Shown here: positions 37,090 to 50,300 of the stretch, one piece after another
Layout of the letters: the number at the start of each line of letters is the position of its first letter
How positions within the stretch are numbered: the stretch's first letter is position 1
Source: Phoronis australis
Lineage: Eukaryota; Animalia; Phoronida
Length of the DNA stretch: 64,000 nt
Assembly (NCBI GenBank): GCA_002633005.1
Contig: NMRA01000323.1
Coordinates: 268,817 to 332,816, forward strand
Direction: 5' to 3'
Position numbers and translations under genes: made by a program
Notes under the pieces: model-generated
The model's database searches: none
What the model saw: the letters and a program-made list of their open reading frames with translations, nothing else
What the model was told of the DNA's origin: nothing

Positions 37090-40000
37090 ATGAAAGCCTG
37101 TTTATACAAGACTGGATCGGTAAGTTGGTCGGGAGTCCTACATAAGCTTACAGTATAGGTGCATAGAAACCGGAGGCCCCGTTTAACAAAGGTCGTGCAC
37201 CGTCATGTATAGAGGAGACGTAGAAGTATTAGCTAAAGTGATTGCAAATTGGATGGTGTTATTACTGTTATTTTCAAAATCAATCCACTAAAATCAACGT
37301 CAAGAATCGCATACACTCCGAAAATTAAGACACGACGGTTTTAGCTACCTCATTTGATAAAAAAGGCTGTTCGTTTTAAAAATTTGGGCCCCCATTTGGC
37401 GAAGTGGGGAAAAACGTCCGCCTCAGAGGAACAATAAGTTCGCGAAAACGAGACAAAAGTCCACTAAAAACGCACAGTTCACAGACCTGCAAGGCGGTAC
37501 CCCGTTTTTTTTTATTTAGTCCTCCCGCTTTTTTGTTGCAAAAGGTCCACTTTGTCAGAGATTAGAGCCCCCCATATTAAAGGATGGGTGCGCGCACGTT
37601 CAAGTCTTCGAAAGAACTTAAAGTTAGTCTTTTCTCGAGACCAGGCTCTACAAGTTGGGTCGTCACGTTGTGTTATTTTATTCGCCGAACGTTATACCTA
37701 TGAATAACGAGTTTCCAGTTATTTACAATCCTCCAAAGTAACTTTTCCTCTGAATAAGGAAGAGGGTAAACCAATCGTTTGTTTCTATACACAGAACGCG
37801 GGTTCACAACCGCTTTACCAGGTGTGTTTATCCCGAAAACCGTTTTCCACAACACTGAAAACTGATCGCTATCCACTTTCAGAAGCCTTGAAGATGTCAC
37901 GAAGAGGCTGTCAAAGTCAAAGCTTCCACAACGAAAGCATGACTCCATGCATCCACAGCGACTACTACTATGACATTCAAAACAACAGGTGGTACTACGT
38001 GCCTCGCCACTTGACAAGCATGCCAGGTGCGTTTTCCACTCACTCGCACGACGTCTTCCGACCGCAGTTTCGAGGGACCGTTCCCCGAAGTGGTACTCGA
38101 TCAATGACTCGAGGAGGACGCATGCCAAACCCCAGAACACCTGTCTCCAGCAAAGCGCCCGTCGCGCCCAGATTTACCAAAAACCGCACTGGGTCACTGA
38201 CAGCTCTGGGGGACGATACGAAAAATAAATCCAACAGAGACAGTGAAACGGGGACAAATAACAGTCAGCGAAGGCCGTCTAAAACTTCGCCTGGCACACC
38301 AGACGAGAAAGCCAGTGAGCAATGTACGCCCACCGAAGACTCCCAATCACAAATCACAGAACATAACAAAACCACTTCGACACAAAATGGATCAAGCATC
38401 GGAAAATTATCAGAAGACGATAGTTTACATGCGTGTTTAGGATTGAAGACAATATTGGCGATTGATTCAGAGCTTCGGCCTCACCATGCAACCCTAGCAG
38501 CAAACATGTCACTGGATTCAAACTTTAACCAGGTCGATAAGCAGTTGTGCGAAAACACGGGAGGCAAACGACATCTGGCAAAACACCATCATTTTCAATC
38601 AGTGAACGAATGTGGAGACCCCGCATTTAATTGCCCGTTTGATATTGCAGATGACGCGTGGGTTAGCGAGATGTACGAGAAGGAAAGTGGAAGCAACAAG
38701 TCTGTCAAATTAAATGAGGCCACTGGTAAACTACAAAAAGCAATGGACGAGCATTTCGAAAAAGAGACAACCTCATCAACAAAAGTTAGGAAAGTCACTG
38801 AGCACAGCGAAAGCGCAAAACGTGTCATTTGTCCAGCGGAGTGTATTAATGCCAATACCGTGGAAAGCGAACAGTGCAAAGTGGTGGGAAGTGAACTGTT
38901 CATGGCTGTTAGCCAACCAAAGGAGAATAAGGACGTTGGTGACGCAACAGACCAACATAAAGGAACCTTGGCGCCATTTAAGAAACAGCTTCAAGGCTGC
39001 AACAAGATAAAAGTGAACGAAAATCACGTCGATCCCAATTCACTTGAAAGTGGACAAGAAAATCTACTTCTCGAGTCAAATTCAGTTTCTATAGTGGAAG
39101 CACGTTACGAAAATGATAAACACGACGTGAAATCCTCATCGTGCACCAAAGCAAGCGAAAATGTAGGGAAAAATCATTCAACAATGGTCTCAAAAAGACG
39201 GTCTAAAGGTGGCGCAGTTGACAAGCTTAGCAGCGAAGACTTTAAGCGTTTGAACTGGACCAGTGATGTAACTGACTTCAAAGATAAACGATTGATCTTA
39301 GGCACTGCAGAGATGGCCTCGATGTCTGACGAAAGCAAAAACTCAATTACTTACGAGCAACTGCAAAATAATGATCACAACACAACCAAAAATAGCCACG
39401 AATCCCGTCGTAAGACTGAGAGTGTTTATGATTTAAGTCTTTCTAGTGATACGTGTAATATATGTGAACATGTAAAGCGCAGGGATCAAAGTAGTGCACC
39501 AGAGTTCGGAGATTGGAAGTCATTTGCAAAAGCGCGACAAGAAATACAGCCTGCAGGAGTAGGCAGAGGTAATATGTACACTAAACTTAACGGTGTGCTC
39601 AAAGAGCAATGGGATGGTGAAGGGCGAGACGATTCAGCTTCTAAACGGGAGGAGTCATCTTCCAACTATTCTTGTGGCACATCTGGTACAGGCGATATGC
39701 GTAAAGTCAAGACGCATCACGAGGACAGTAATGACAGTAAAATTAATGGATTAAAAACTAACGCTCCTGGCTCCAAAGACCAGCTAAGAATGTTAGAGCA
39801 GACAACACTTGAAAAGGATAAGCGAGGATCGAAGTCGAGAACATTGGTTGAAAATGCGCCTGCTTTAGTGGCTGTCCTAAATAACGAGCTAGAGGCATTT
39901 GATAAAAGCGAAAAGACTGACTTATTGTCTGAAGAATCGTCCGAAGACAAAGTTAAGTCAATTCCCAAAGTGCTTGCGACTGATAAAGATATAGATGCAA

Positions 40001-43000
40001 AGTCCAGTTGTCAACCTTCTGGCGACAAATGTGTTGTCAAAAAAGCATACGGTAGCCGGCTTCGGCTAACTCGAAGACTTCGTATTTGCGCAAAAGAAAA
40101 CACAGAACGCGTTGGAATTAATCTGTTGCTAGATGAGACTTCGAAGACAACATTGTCAAATAAACATGGAGCCGTTACGAAAAGATGTAACGTAGTGTCG
40201 GAACAGCTTTCCCATAAAACGTCAGAAGTTGACGATGACCCCGTTAAGATAAATCTCAAACAGGAGTTTTGCAAGATTCCGGAACCGTCGGTGCAGCTGT
40301 CGAGTCAGAAACATGAAAGCCTAGATGTACAGGACGATGCACTTTGCCGAAGTATCATGGAAACAGTTCTTAATAAAGTATCTGAATATCTAACCTCGGG
40401 TGAAATCTGTTCCAGAACACTTTTATACCCGGCTGACACCACTTTTCCTGAAAGTCAAAATGGAGATGATAACACGAATGACGATGCCGATCCGTATTGC
40501 GCGCATCAGACAACAGAAAACAATGGAGAAGCCCTGTCGGAATATCTACATGTATCACCTCTCACGTCACCATATAAAGGAACTACTGAGGTGAATGCCG
40601 ATGAGGATTTGTATAGGGCAGACGTCCACAGTGATTTCATGAGCAACGCTACAACATCTTCAATAGCAAGACTGAAAGTATTTAACGACTTGTCGTCTCA
40701 GGGTAGTAACACGAACAGCAGTGCGTTGGAATGCATACAAAACAGCGCAGAACATCCAGCAAACAGCAATCAATCACAACTAATTGCAAGTTTGTTGACA
40801 TTTGACATAGACGCAGCTGATAAAAGCCCTCTCCACCAGGCGGATGAAGCGTCGACGACTACCACTTGTAGCCCTTTCAGGGATAGCCACTGGACAACCC
40901 CTGCAGGCAACACAAACAGTCCATTTAAACCAGCAGAAGCAGAGGCGGAATGTCTTGCTAAAGGGGGTTTAAATACTACAGACCCGACATGTTATTCATC
41001 ATCATCTGTCTCTCCTCTTTACACGTTAGGCTGGAGGTCAATCGCCCAAAACCAAACTCTGCAAAACTCGTGCACTACAGGTTTGCCCACAGCTACTTCT
41101 GTTTCCACAGGCGACTGTGTCATCCCACGTAAAATCCCGAGTCAGAACGAAGCAACGGATGTCAGATCTCCCACGCTCCTTTCTAACCCAAATATGCGTG
41201 GCCAAGTCTCCAATCAATGGTGCTTGCAAGCAGATGACATTGGTCTTTACCAAGGTCCCCTCAAAAGTTCCACTCCCAACACCACTTCAATGTTATGTAG
41301 GCCTACAGACCGTGACAACAGTGCCCACAACACTCATACGACAACAGAACAGTCAACAGAGCCGTTGCTTATGTCTAGCAGTTCACAGACGAATTTAAAG
41401 TGTTTCAGTGTGAGAGGAGGTACTGTTGCCTGTTCTTCAACGGTAACGTCCAACTTACAAGGCCTCGATGCGGGAAATGAAAAGGCAGACGAACCCGGCT
41501 TCTCCAGGACTGAAGATTGTCATAGGTCTTCGTCAATTGCAGAGACGACAGGCCAGCCAGAGGCACTACAAAAGGCGCCATCGTTACCACCAACATGTCG
41601 AGCATCGACGCAGACAAATAGGCCTAGCATGGTGACGGTCGTGGGCAGGGAGTCACCCGAGCATCCAGACTGTGTAAGATTGCTTGTCGTGGATGACGAC
41701 GAGAAAGAGGCGGACTTCCCCCATTCATGTCACGTAGAAACCAAACTAAAACTAGCTGATTCGCCTGGTGAGCGGCCGAACTACTCAAATTGGAATTCAC
41801 CAGGGTTACAAGAGAAATTCACGGCCTCTAGAAGAGCGGTCCAAGCCTCTGCTACGAATGACCTTCCTTACTTTAGGGCTACCAGTAAAGAACAGAACGC
41901 AAATATCAATGATGTTACATCAAAATCATTGCCTGAGAAATACATTGGCATTGCACCTAAAACTAAACAAGTCACCTCCAAAGAGCCAACGGCGACTGGT
42001 TCCTTCAAAAACGTCGTAGTTCTTTCAACAAAATTTCATGCACTGAATTCTGTCTCTGGGAAAATTTTAAATTACGCACACGACGTGAATAACGCTATGA
42101 ACACGACGAGGGTTTCCTCGAAAACACCGTCACGCACTGTTCCCTGTTCCAAAAGAGTTGCGTCCTCACCGGGTATAGGTAGTAAAACGTGTTCCACGGC
42201 AAACCTTAAAACAAACTCTGGAAATCCTACAGAGCCGAAAACTGCACAAATTGCTCGAAAATGTTTTAAGAAACCAGTGCATTCAAAATCAAACAATTTC
42301 CATAAAACAAGCGTTACACAGGCAGTAGATGACCTCGGGGTGATAGCAAATGTTGCACAAAAGTCTACGAAGGTTAAGCAATTCGGCAAATTGAGTCAGA
42401 AATCAATTGATGCAAGAACAGCACGAAAGCCAACAATCGACAGCAAATGGAAGTTTGAAGAGAAACTTACCAAAGCCGAGTCATCCGACAACAAATCAAA
42501 AGATTCGTGTCACAAGGAATGTGTAGATAGGAAGTCACCAACCGACAAGTTTACAAAGACAGCACATCATGCTGGCATTTCTGATGACGTACATGAGACA
42601 CCAACAGAAAATCTCAGTAATGTCCTAACAGCAGGGACATCGATAGACCAAGAGAACTCTCGACATGAGAAAGAGAAGGTAGTCGAAAGAAAAGACCACT
42701 CTTGCTGTGGTACGCAAACAATGCAACCCCAAGAGCCCCAGGATCAAAATACGGATGTCTCACGACTTGGCGCTTCGACCGAAGAGAAACAACTGCTTAA
42801 TACACTCACAAAAACAAAAGAAATACCTCGAAATCCTACTAACCTTAATGTATTAGCAGAAGCCAAATTCATCGTTACAGAAGCAACGAAAGAAACTTCT
42901 CTTTGTCTTAGTACCGTTGACAAAGTACAAAATGAGTCCGCTGTGACAAAAAGTGAACACGACGTGTGCGAAACAAAATCAAAAGACGAGAACACTGGCG

Positions 43001-44202
43001 ACACCAAGACACTGGATATTAAATTTGGAAAGAAAACCAAGTTTGCGTCGAGATTACCAAAGAGGGTCACGCCATCTTCAAGCTGGACAAAAATGGATGA
43101 CACTAGAACACTGGTGACCTCAAATGTCGTAAGTGGCTCAGCAGCAAGACTTTCTTCCAGAGTAACAAATGAGAAAAAGGGAACACTAAAATCCAATACA
43201 TCAAATAGAACGTATTATGTAGAACCCACCGGCATACCTAAGCTCATCGCAAACTTTGAAAAACGAGAGGTGATCTCGTCAAATGCAGCCAAAAAAGAAC
43301 GAATTACTTTGACACAGGCAAAGATGGTAGAGAAGACAGTAAATGGGAGACTGGCAAAAACAACGCCGACGGATTTCAAATCTGAAGATGTGGCATTGCA
43401 GACGACTTTGCTTCCCAGAAGCTTGGAGGCAGGCGATAAATCTGATGAGTTCACAGACTTAACCGAATCAAATGTACTGAAAACTCGTGAAACCGGAAAC
43501 AGCGAAAATGGAGACCTTTCCCGTCTGACAAAAAGCTCTACAACCCCAAGTCAAGTCAGTGTCAAAGAAACATGTTCAAAGTCTTCGTTCATTAAAATAG
43601 TGCCGCTGCCAAGTAACAAAAACACTTCGACACTTTCGGCAAATACAACCTTGTCCAACGGAGAAACTAACATTTCGTTTTCGACCACCTGCGCCACTGG
43701 CGCAAAAGTACGAACGGATACGGAGTCAGGAAACAGCAAAAAGACGGAGTGTGCAGCGGCACGTGCGGCTGCTTCTGAGAAAAAGATTGGCTCAAGATTG
43801 AGCAATGTCTCAAGCAATATCGTCAACTGTTTGACAAGAGTCGCGAGACCATTTACACAGCTAGTGACTGGAAAAGTGTCCGCTGATAAGTCATGTGACA
43901 ACGACTCGGCCAGGTGTGCCGGTAATTGTCTAAAAACCACTGGACGCTGCGATGAGGACTCAAAGGCTGGCGAATCATATAAAAGATTAAACGATTTAGA
44001 CATCACGCCAACCACGAAAGCGAGTTACAACGAAGACAAGCTCAAAAACAGCGAAACCATTGCGTGCACGCCTGACGAAAGTGCATGCACAGCTGGTGGC
44101 GGGGGACAACTATCTAAAAGATACAGCTATCTAAGACGCACTTATATCAGACATAAATTACGAAGTGCAAGTGAAGAACAGAGTAAGGCTGGGCGGAAAT
44201 AA
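37090..44202 (+). CDS. Large S/T/K/E-rich, probably disordered protein of unknown family (>2100 aa). Giant exon 37795-44202, with a possible first micro-exon at 37090-37119
   Basis: A 6.4-kb stop-free frame in AT-rich DNA cannot be chance. Acceptor tttctatacacag ends at 37794. The candidate exon MKACLYKTGS|gtaagt joins in phase 0; otherwise the first in-frame ATG is at 37894. AATAAA at 44297. No domain recognised. Confidence 0.8.
37400..37597. mobile_element. Partial MITE, same family as 8938-9130
   Basis: Shared internal sequence and right TIR GGGTGCGCGCA. Confidence 0.7.
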
Positions 44203-44710
44203 GAAGGCATCATTCGCCTAGACGTGATTTTAAAAGTAACAGTTTTTGAGATACATGTATATAAACTTTACTATTATTTAATCTTAATCAATGGGTAATA
44301 AAATTAAGTAAAAAACGGAAATTTTGAAGAAATTTTGATTCATAACACGTTTGTTACAGCACATTGACTACACGAATACAGAGATCTCAACTTTTATATT
44401 ACATTAATCTAGAATTATTCAATTTCACAGAGGTCAATAATTAAGTTTAGGAGGGGGTCCATGTGTCCCCCACGGACTCGATCGGACAGAAGACATGCTG
44501 TTTTTAGAATTTATGCGGGCATTTTCTTTCAAAAATTGAGCCTGGGTCTCTTTTGCCACTGATCAAATCCGCCAGCTGAGCATGTCCGATATGGAGTTGA
44601 GGTCTGAAAAATAACATATTCATCGAAAAAAAATTCTCGTTTACAATCTTTGTGCAATCAAGTTTGGAATTAGGCCAAATGGCAGGTTTTGGTCTTTACC
44701 GACACATTTT

Positions 44711-44940
44711 GAGACCCATTCCAAGAAACTGACTTAAGTTCATTTTTGACTTAAGTCTAAGATTTGAAAATTCCACATCCGGTCAGATAGTTAAAATTAA
44801 GACTGAACTTTTATCAAAAACTTAATTCAAACTTAGGATCTCTTGCTGAAAACAGTCTCAAGACAAATTTAATTTTTTTCTTAAAATTTACTAAAATTTA
44901 AGATTTGTCTTAGCTAAGTCAGTTTTGTTGGAACGGGCCC
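44711..44940. mobile_element. Harbinger-like MITE (family of 34121-34310)
   Basis: CCCATTCCAAGAAACTGACTTA...TAAGTCAGTTTTGTTGGAACGGGCC. Internal similarity to 34121-34310. Confidence 0.6.
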
Positions 44941-45195
44941 CTGCACTCTCTGACCTAAAGAACCAAAAGCCCTTGCTCTCATCAATTTCAGACAAAATTT
45001 CATTTTTTTGAAAAGTTGCAGAGAAGCACATGCGCAAAGCATTACTAAAATTTAAGATTTGTCTTAGCTAAGTCAGTTTTGTTGGAACGGGCCCATGCAC
45101 TCTCTGACCTAAAGCACCAAAAGCCCTTGCCCTCACCAATTTCAGACAAAATTTCACTTTTTTGAAAAGTTGCAGAGAAGCACGTGCGCAAAGCA
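44888..45195. repeat. Tandem duplication, 154-bp unit x2
   Basis: 44888-45041 and 45042-45195 differ at only a few positions. The unit includes the MITE right end plus flank. Confidence 0.9.
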
Positions 45196-47348
45196 AAGCA
45201 TGTTGAAAAACTCCACTTGAAAGAGAAGTAAACCTGTAAATGATCGACTAGCCAGCAAGTTTAAAAATCCACGGAACTTGGTTTAACGTCTGAAATGGCT
45301 TTATCTTATGGAATAACAAGAATTTTCTCACTTATTGTGTTTTTTCAATTCATACAGCTCGACGGAGGCTAACAGGTGATGACGAACTAATCTGCTAGCT
45401 TCGTTACAAAGGATGAAATTTATTGCCAGTGGGATACCAAATCCGGTTTTGGCCTGTTAACAGATATTAAAAACAAATAATCCGTCCAGTTCTTTGAAAA
45501 GAAGTAATTCTCTGTAATCCTCGACAATCCCCAAAAGTTTAGAGGAAATTTTGAAAACTCCTTTCAAAGTCCTCCTTTCAAACCGTCAAGCGTGACCTAC
45601 GACTTTAGCGAATTAAACGCTACTGTGAAAAAAGACCACCCACCAAGGACCATAATGCCCAATTAGTGAAACTGGGGTATGAGTGTTTATTTGATTTGTT
45701 CGTTTATCTTTCAAGATTGACGCTAATGGTGCATTAGCAGGTGGCAGGACAAGACTGGTTGAAACCATTAAAACAGTATCCTCTTAAATAACCTTTTACA
45801 CGTAAGTGTTAATTAGATACCCATAGCACAAAATAGTGGTCATATGTTCATAATCTTGTGGCCGCGTTTCTTAAGAAATATTCATTTTTTCGCGGAAATC
45901 ACCAAAATTTCTACAAACAAGAATTTTTTCCTTAAAAATTCTGTGACAAAGGTGTGTCTGTGATTTTCTACTTTGCTGCCAGACACAGGAAGACTGTCAA
46001 CATTCCTTTACTGGAAGTCTTGATTTATGGCAGCCAAGCTCTCGGGCTAAAAGGGACACGAAATAAAATTCTACACACGCCTTTGTAACTAATATAATGA
46101 AGAGTTTTTAGAAAAATGTGCTGACGAAGATGTGGATATTGTTTTCTGGCACAGAATAAATGCTTGTGAACAAAGGTAACCAAATGCAGAGCAACCGTGG
46201 CCGGCAACATGTCCTAAATGGCGGCCATTTAGGACCTGATCACGCGAGTTCTTTGTGTATCACGGATTTTTTCCGCAATTTTTTTATTCGAGTGAATAAA
46301 ATCAATAATTCGGGAATTTTGCGGCTATGCGATAACTCTCACGATTCCGAAAATTTTCCATCGTATTGAGACTCGCTTTAGCGGGTCCCGAAGCCATGAC
46401 AACGATCGTAAGGCGCATCAGCAAACTCGTCGTGTACGCTCTATTGTAAACATTAAAAATTATACTAATTGATCCTCCTGAAGTTGTAATTGGTCAAAGC
46501 CTCGTAATAAACCGGTGCTTTCTGACAACTAAAAAACAAGAAATAGATTTAGTCCAGTTATCGATAGTTCGGTGGTCTTGTCTTTTTTGTTCTTTACACA
46601 ATTTAAAATTGGTATCTGCATTTACTCAAACCGACATTTCGTTATTTTTCAGATCATCTTCAGTGAAGCCAATGCTCTAAGCCGCAGGATCCACTCGATC
46701 ACAAAATATATAGTCAGTGTTGATTCATGTCTCGATTTCCGACAGTTACTTAACGTCTCAAAACAAAACCAAAATATTCGACACTCGCCATTGTGTGAAA
46801 GGCACGTCCTAACGCTACTGACGGACATAATTTACCTAAACGTTGCTCAATGTTACTACGGTGAATTGAGCGCTATCACGCAAATAACGATGAACTATGT
46901 GCCGGTACGCCCTCTCAGCGTTTAGCTGGTTGGCGATACAATAATTCTTAACAGCCTTTCGCGCGTTGTCACAATGATTGTTTTTTTCTGATTTTCAAAG
47001 GCTGATACAGCTGTAGTTTCAGTGATTCCGAAACTTAGTCGAACTAAGAAACTTCTTAGTGAGTGGTCCGCGAGCTTCAGATAACTGATAGAAACTTTAC
47101 ACCAAATGTTGGTCTCGACATCTAAATGGTATAATCTAAGCTCATAATAGGCTAGAAATTTCTTAATATTTATTGTCTTCAGTGTTAAAAATGCTACAAA
47201 ATAATATTTTACTAGTTATTAGCCGCAGAGCTCAGGCGGAGTCGTGGAAAAAACAACAGATGGGGCTGTTGGAAGCTGTAAACAAAATATTCACCATTTT
47301 ACCATTGTAGCGCCACACAAATTGACTTCCGGAGGGAAAGTTTGGGCG

Positions 47349-50300
47349 ATGTCGTCCGAAGACGGTCGTAATAAAGTAGAGATTGTCAGCCGTAAAGCTT
47401 TAATAAGCACAGTCAGCGTCGTCTGCAAGCATGCTGGTTTTACATCAATTGAAAATTCGTCACTCGAGACTCTTGTGGAAGTTTTACAAAGTTGTAAGTG
47501 CGATTTGGTCTAGCAGTAGCAGCTCTAGCCAGCCACAGCCAAAAAGGCAAAGACACAGTCACAAACACTCTCTCCTTATTAGCCGCTTGAATAGGATACT
47601 ATAATATAGTTTCGTATCAAGTGGCTGCTATGAATGCCTGAGGTTTGACTTAAATTTTGAGGATTAGCCGCGAATGTAGACTAGACCTCATTGTTACTGC
47701 TCCAATATAGTTTCCCCTGATTTAGAGAACTAGACGTGACCAGACAGGTTCTCTAAATCAGGGACCGCTTTGTCTGACCAGAGGAGCCAATGTATTGTCT
47801 AGGCTAGACCCATTCGGTCCAAGATTATGAAATGAATGTGGCATAAGGGCAAAACTACTGTAGTAGTTGCTGATAGTACCCAACCGGGGAATCGAATCAG
47901 CGACCTTGCCAAAACCGGCAAGCGTGCTAACCATTCAGCTAATAAGCAATCTGCCATTAGCGAGTGGTTAACAGAGGGCACAGGATTTATTGGAAGCATG
48001 ACTACAACAGTATTAACATACACCTTTCCACCAGCACTGACCATACGAAATCTAAAACAAAATAAATGGCACTAAATATCCACCCTGGAAGCAGATGGCT
48101 AATAATTTTGTCAAGAAGTTTAATCAAAAGTTTGGCTAATCTGACATAATTCAGTCAGTGTACTAAAAATACAGCTAGAGTAAGATATTGGCGATTTTGA
48201 CAAATTATTCCGTTTTCAGCACCCACTTGGGGAATGAGAGAGTGTTTTATGAGAATTCTTAGCTAGAGTATGCAACCCCTTGGCCTTGGCTGGCTGGCCA
48301 GGGGTGACACTCCCTATCGGTGTCTGTGTTAATTTTGCCCCTTGTATATTAAACCGGTGTAGGCCAAATTTGTTCACCGAATAAGACGATTTTACTTCGT
48401 CAAAAATACATCTTATTTACAATGGTCACTTAAAATAGGCACCTACTTTTGTCAACAATCCTTTCTTGTCCTCTTCATATCCTTAATGAAGCACGAGATG
48501 ACTTTGGCTGACCGATATTCTTCAACTTCAACATACAAACACTTCAAGTTGGCAATCGTTGGTGTTTCTAAATTACGACCAGATCAGAAATGCAATTATT
48601 TTTAGGTAGTTGTAATCTGGAGAGGATATCGTAATGCCAAACCTTTTTGTTGCCCGGCATACTCAAAAAGCCATGTTGATCATGTGTACTATCGTCAATG
48701 CTTCCTCCATTTGAAGCTCTGAGAACGTGGCACTGAGATATTCAGCTGAAGGTGATCACTGTTGTAACGTGTAAAGTGTGTTTTATTTGTTTCTAGACCT
48801 GACTGAGCTTGGACGAAGTAGCCGTATGTTCAGCGAACTCTCAGGACGCACCAAGCCCATCGTGTCGGATGTTGCCATGGCAATGATAGATATGGGTAAA
48901 TATTGGTATTAATGAACATCGAGCTAGGATGTCGAAGTGTGAATGTAATCTGGAACGTAAGCAAAATTGTAGAATAGGTCAAAAACATAGTTGGTTCCCA
49001 CCTTTTTTTTGAAAACGAAGTCAGTGGTGCGATATTTCTTAGCTGCCCACTTTTTCAAAAAAGAAAATCCACCTGAAACCAGCCGAAATGATGCAGAATT
49101 TTTTTTTTGCTCGTCGCTTGGCAAATCGTTGTGTTTCAAACCTTGCTTACCTTTGCTTCCATGCCTTTGTAAAGGTTTTCAAAAAAATGAAACACCTCAA
49201 TTTTGATGTGGATGGGTTTTTTAATCTGTTGAGCGCAGATCTTGAAACCAGCCGGGTTACTGACCGGAGATTTTATGCTTTGTTGGTCTTGTGCTAGGCC
49301 TTTTACAAGTTGTCCTACACAACTGAGGTGTTCATTCTTTGCTGTAATACTATGCTCAGCTACGTCAATAATGTGCCTGTTATACTCCTCTGAATATTGA
49401 CGTTCAGTGTTTTCATCATATCTGTTATTAAATTATTAATCACTTGTGCTCTCACCATGTTGCCAGTGTTTAGCTTTACCGGTGTTTGAACTTTCCACTT
49501 TTCCTTTCTTGCAGGTTGTGACATCGAATCCTTGCCAGGCTATGCTGCAAGATTCAAGAACATCCATCCAGAGTTTCCTCCACGTACGTAGGCGGTCTCT
49601 GGATTACGGAGGCCATGTTTGTCACTAGGGTCTAAACTATCATTCCAACTACATCTTGGCAACACTGCAACTAATTTAACACAGTTAAAGTTGAACCCTG
49701 AAGTATTTAATCAAATAGTCTGTTATTGGACAATTTGTTTGTCCAGCAATCTTTATAAGTGGGAGCCGAATTCTGATTTGCCCTCCCAATAGGACAACAT
49801 ATGCGACTGCACATTGCTGTAACAGTAAGCTGCACATAGGCGACCTGGTGCCTGTTGAAGGACTTTTCTCTCAGCCCCATGAGTTGTGGGTGGCATGACA
49901 CATTCAAAATGAGAACCCCCAAGTGTAAGGGAAGGGGGCTCAAGTGTATGTGAATGGGCATCTGGGAAATGGGCACATCTTGGACAGCCCCCTCCCCAAG
50001 TGCATATGGGGGTCACAGTATTGCTACGTCTCTTGTTGGCAGTTTACTTTTTGTGTCCGGCTTTCTAAGTAGTAAATTCCAGGAGAGATGTTTATGTGTT
50101 GTTGTTTAGTGTACAGGACAGCAGCTTGTCAATGTCCAATGAAAGTTTTTGTGCTGTAGTACCCAAGGGCAATTATTTTTGGCATATTCTTCTTTTTCTG
50201 CCTAACCACTGATCGATCTTAATGAAATTGAACAGATGCGTTTCTTAAGGATATCTCATATCTTATTCACAAAAATTGGTCATTTTTACAATATTTCACG

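Noticed and set aside
37822-44202. Giant ORF as a retrotransposon or viral polyprotein
   Set aside because: No RT, integrase, gag zinc knuckle or DDE motifs seen, and no flanking LTRs or TIRs.
45294-45371. Signal-peptide-like mini-ORF MALSYGITRIFSLIVFFQFIQLDGG
   Set aside because: It stops after 25 codons with no convincing continuation.
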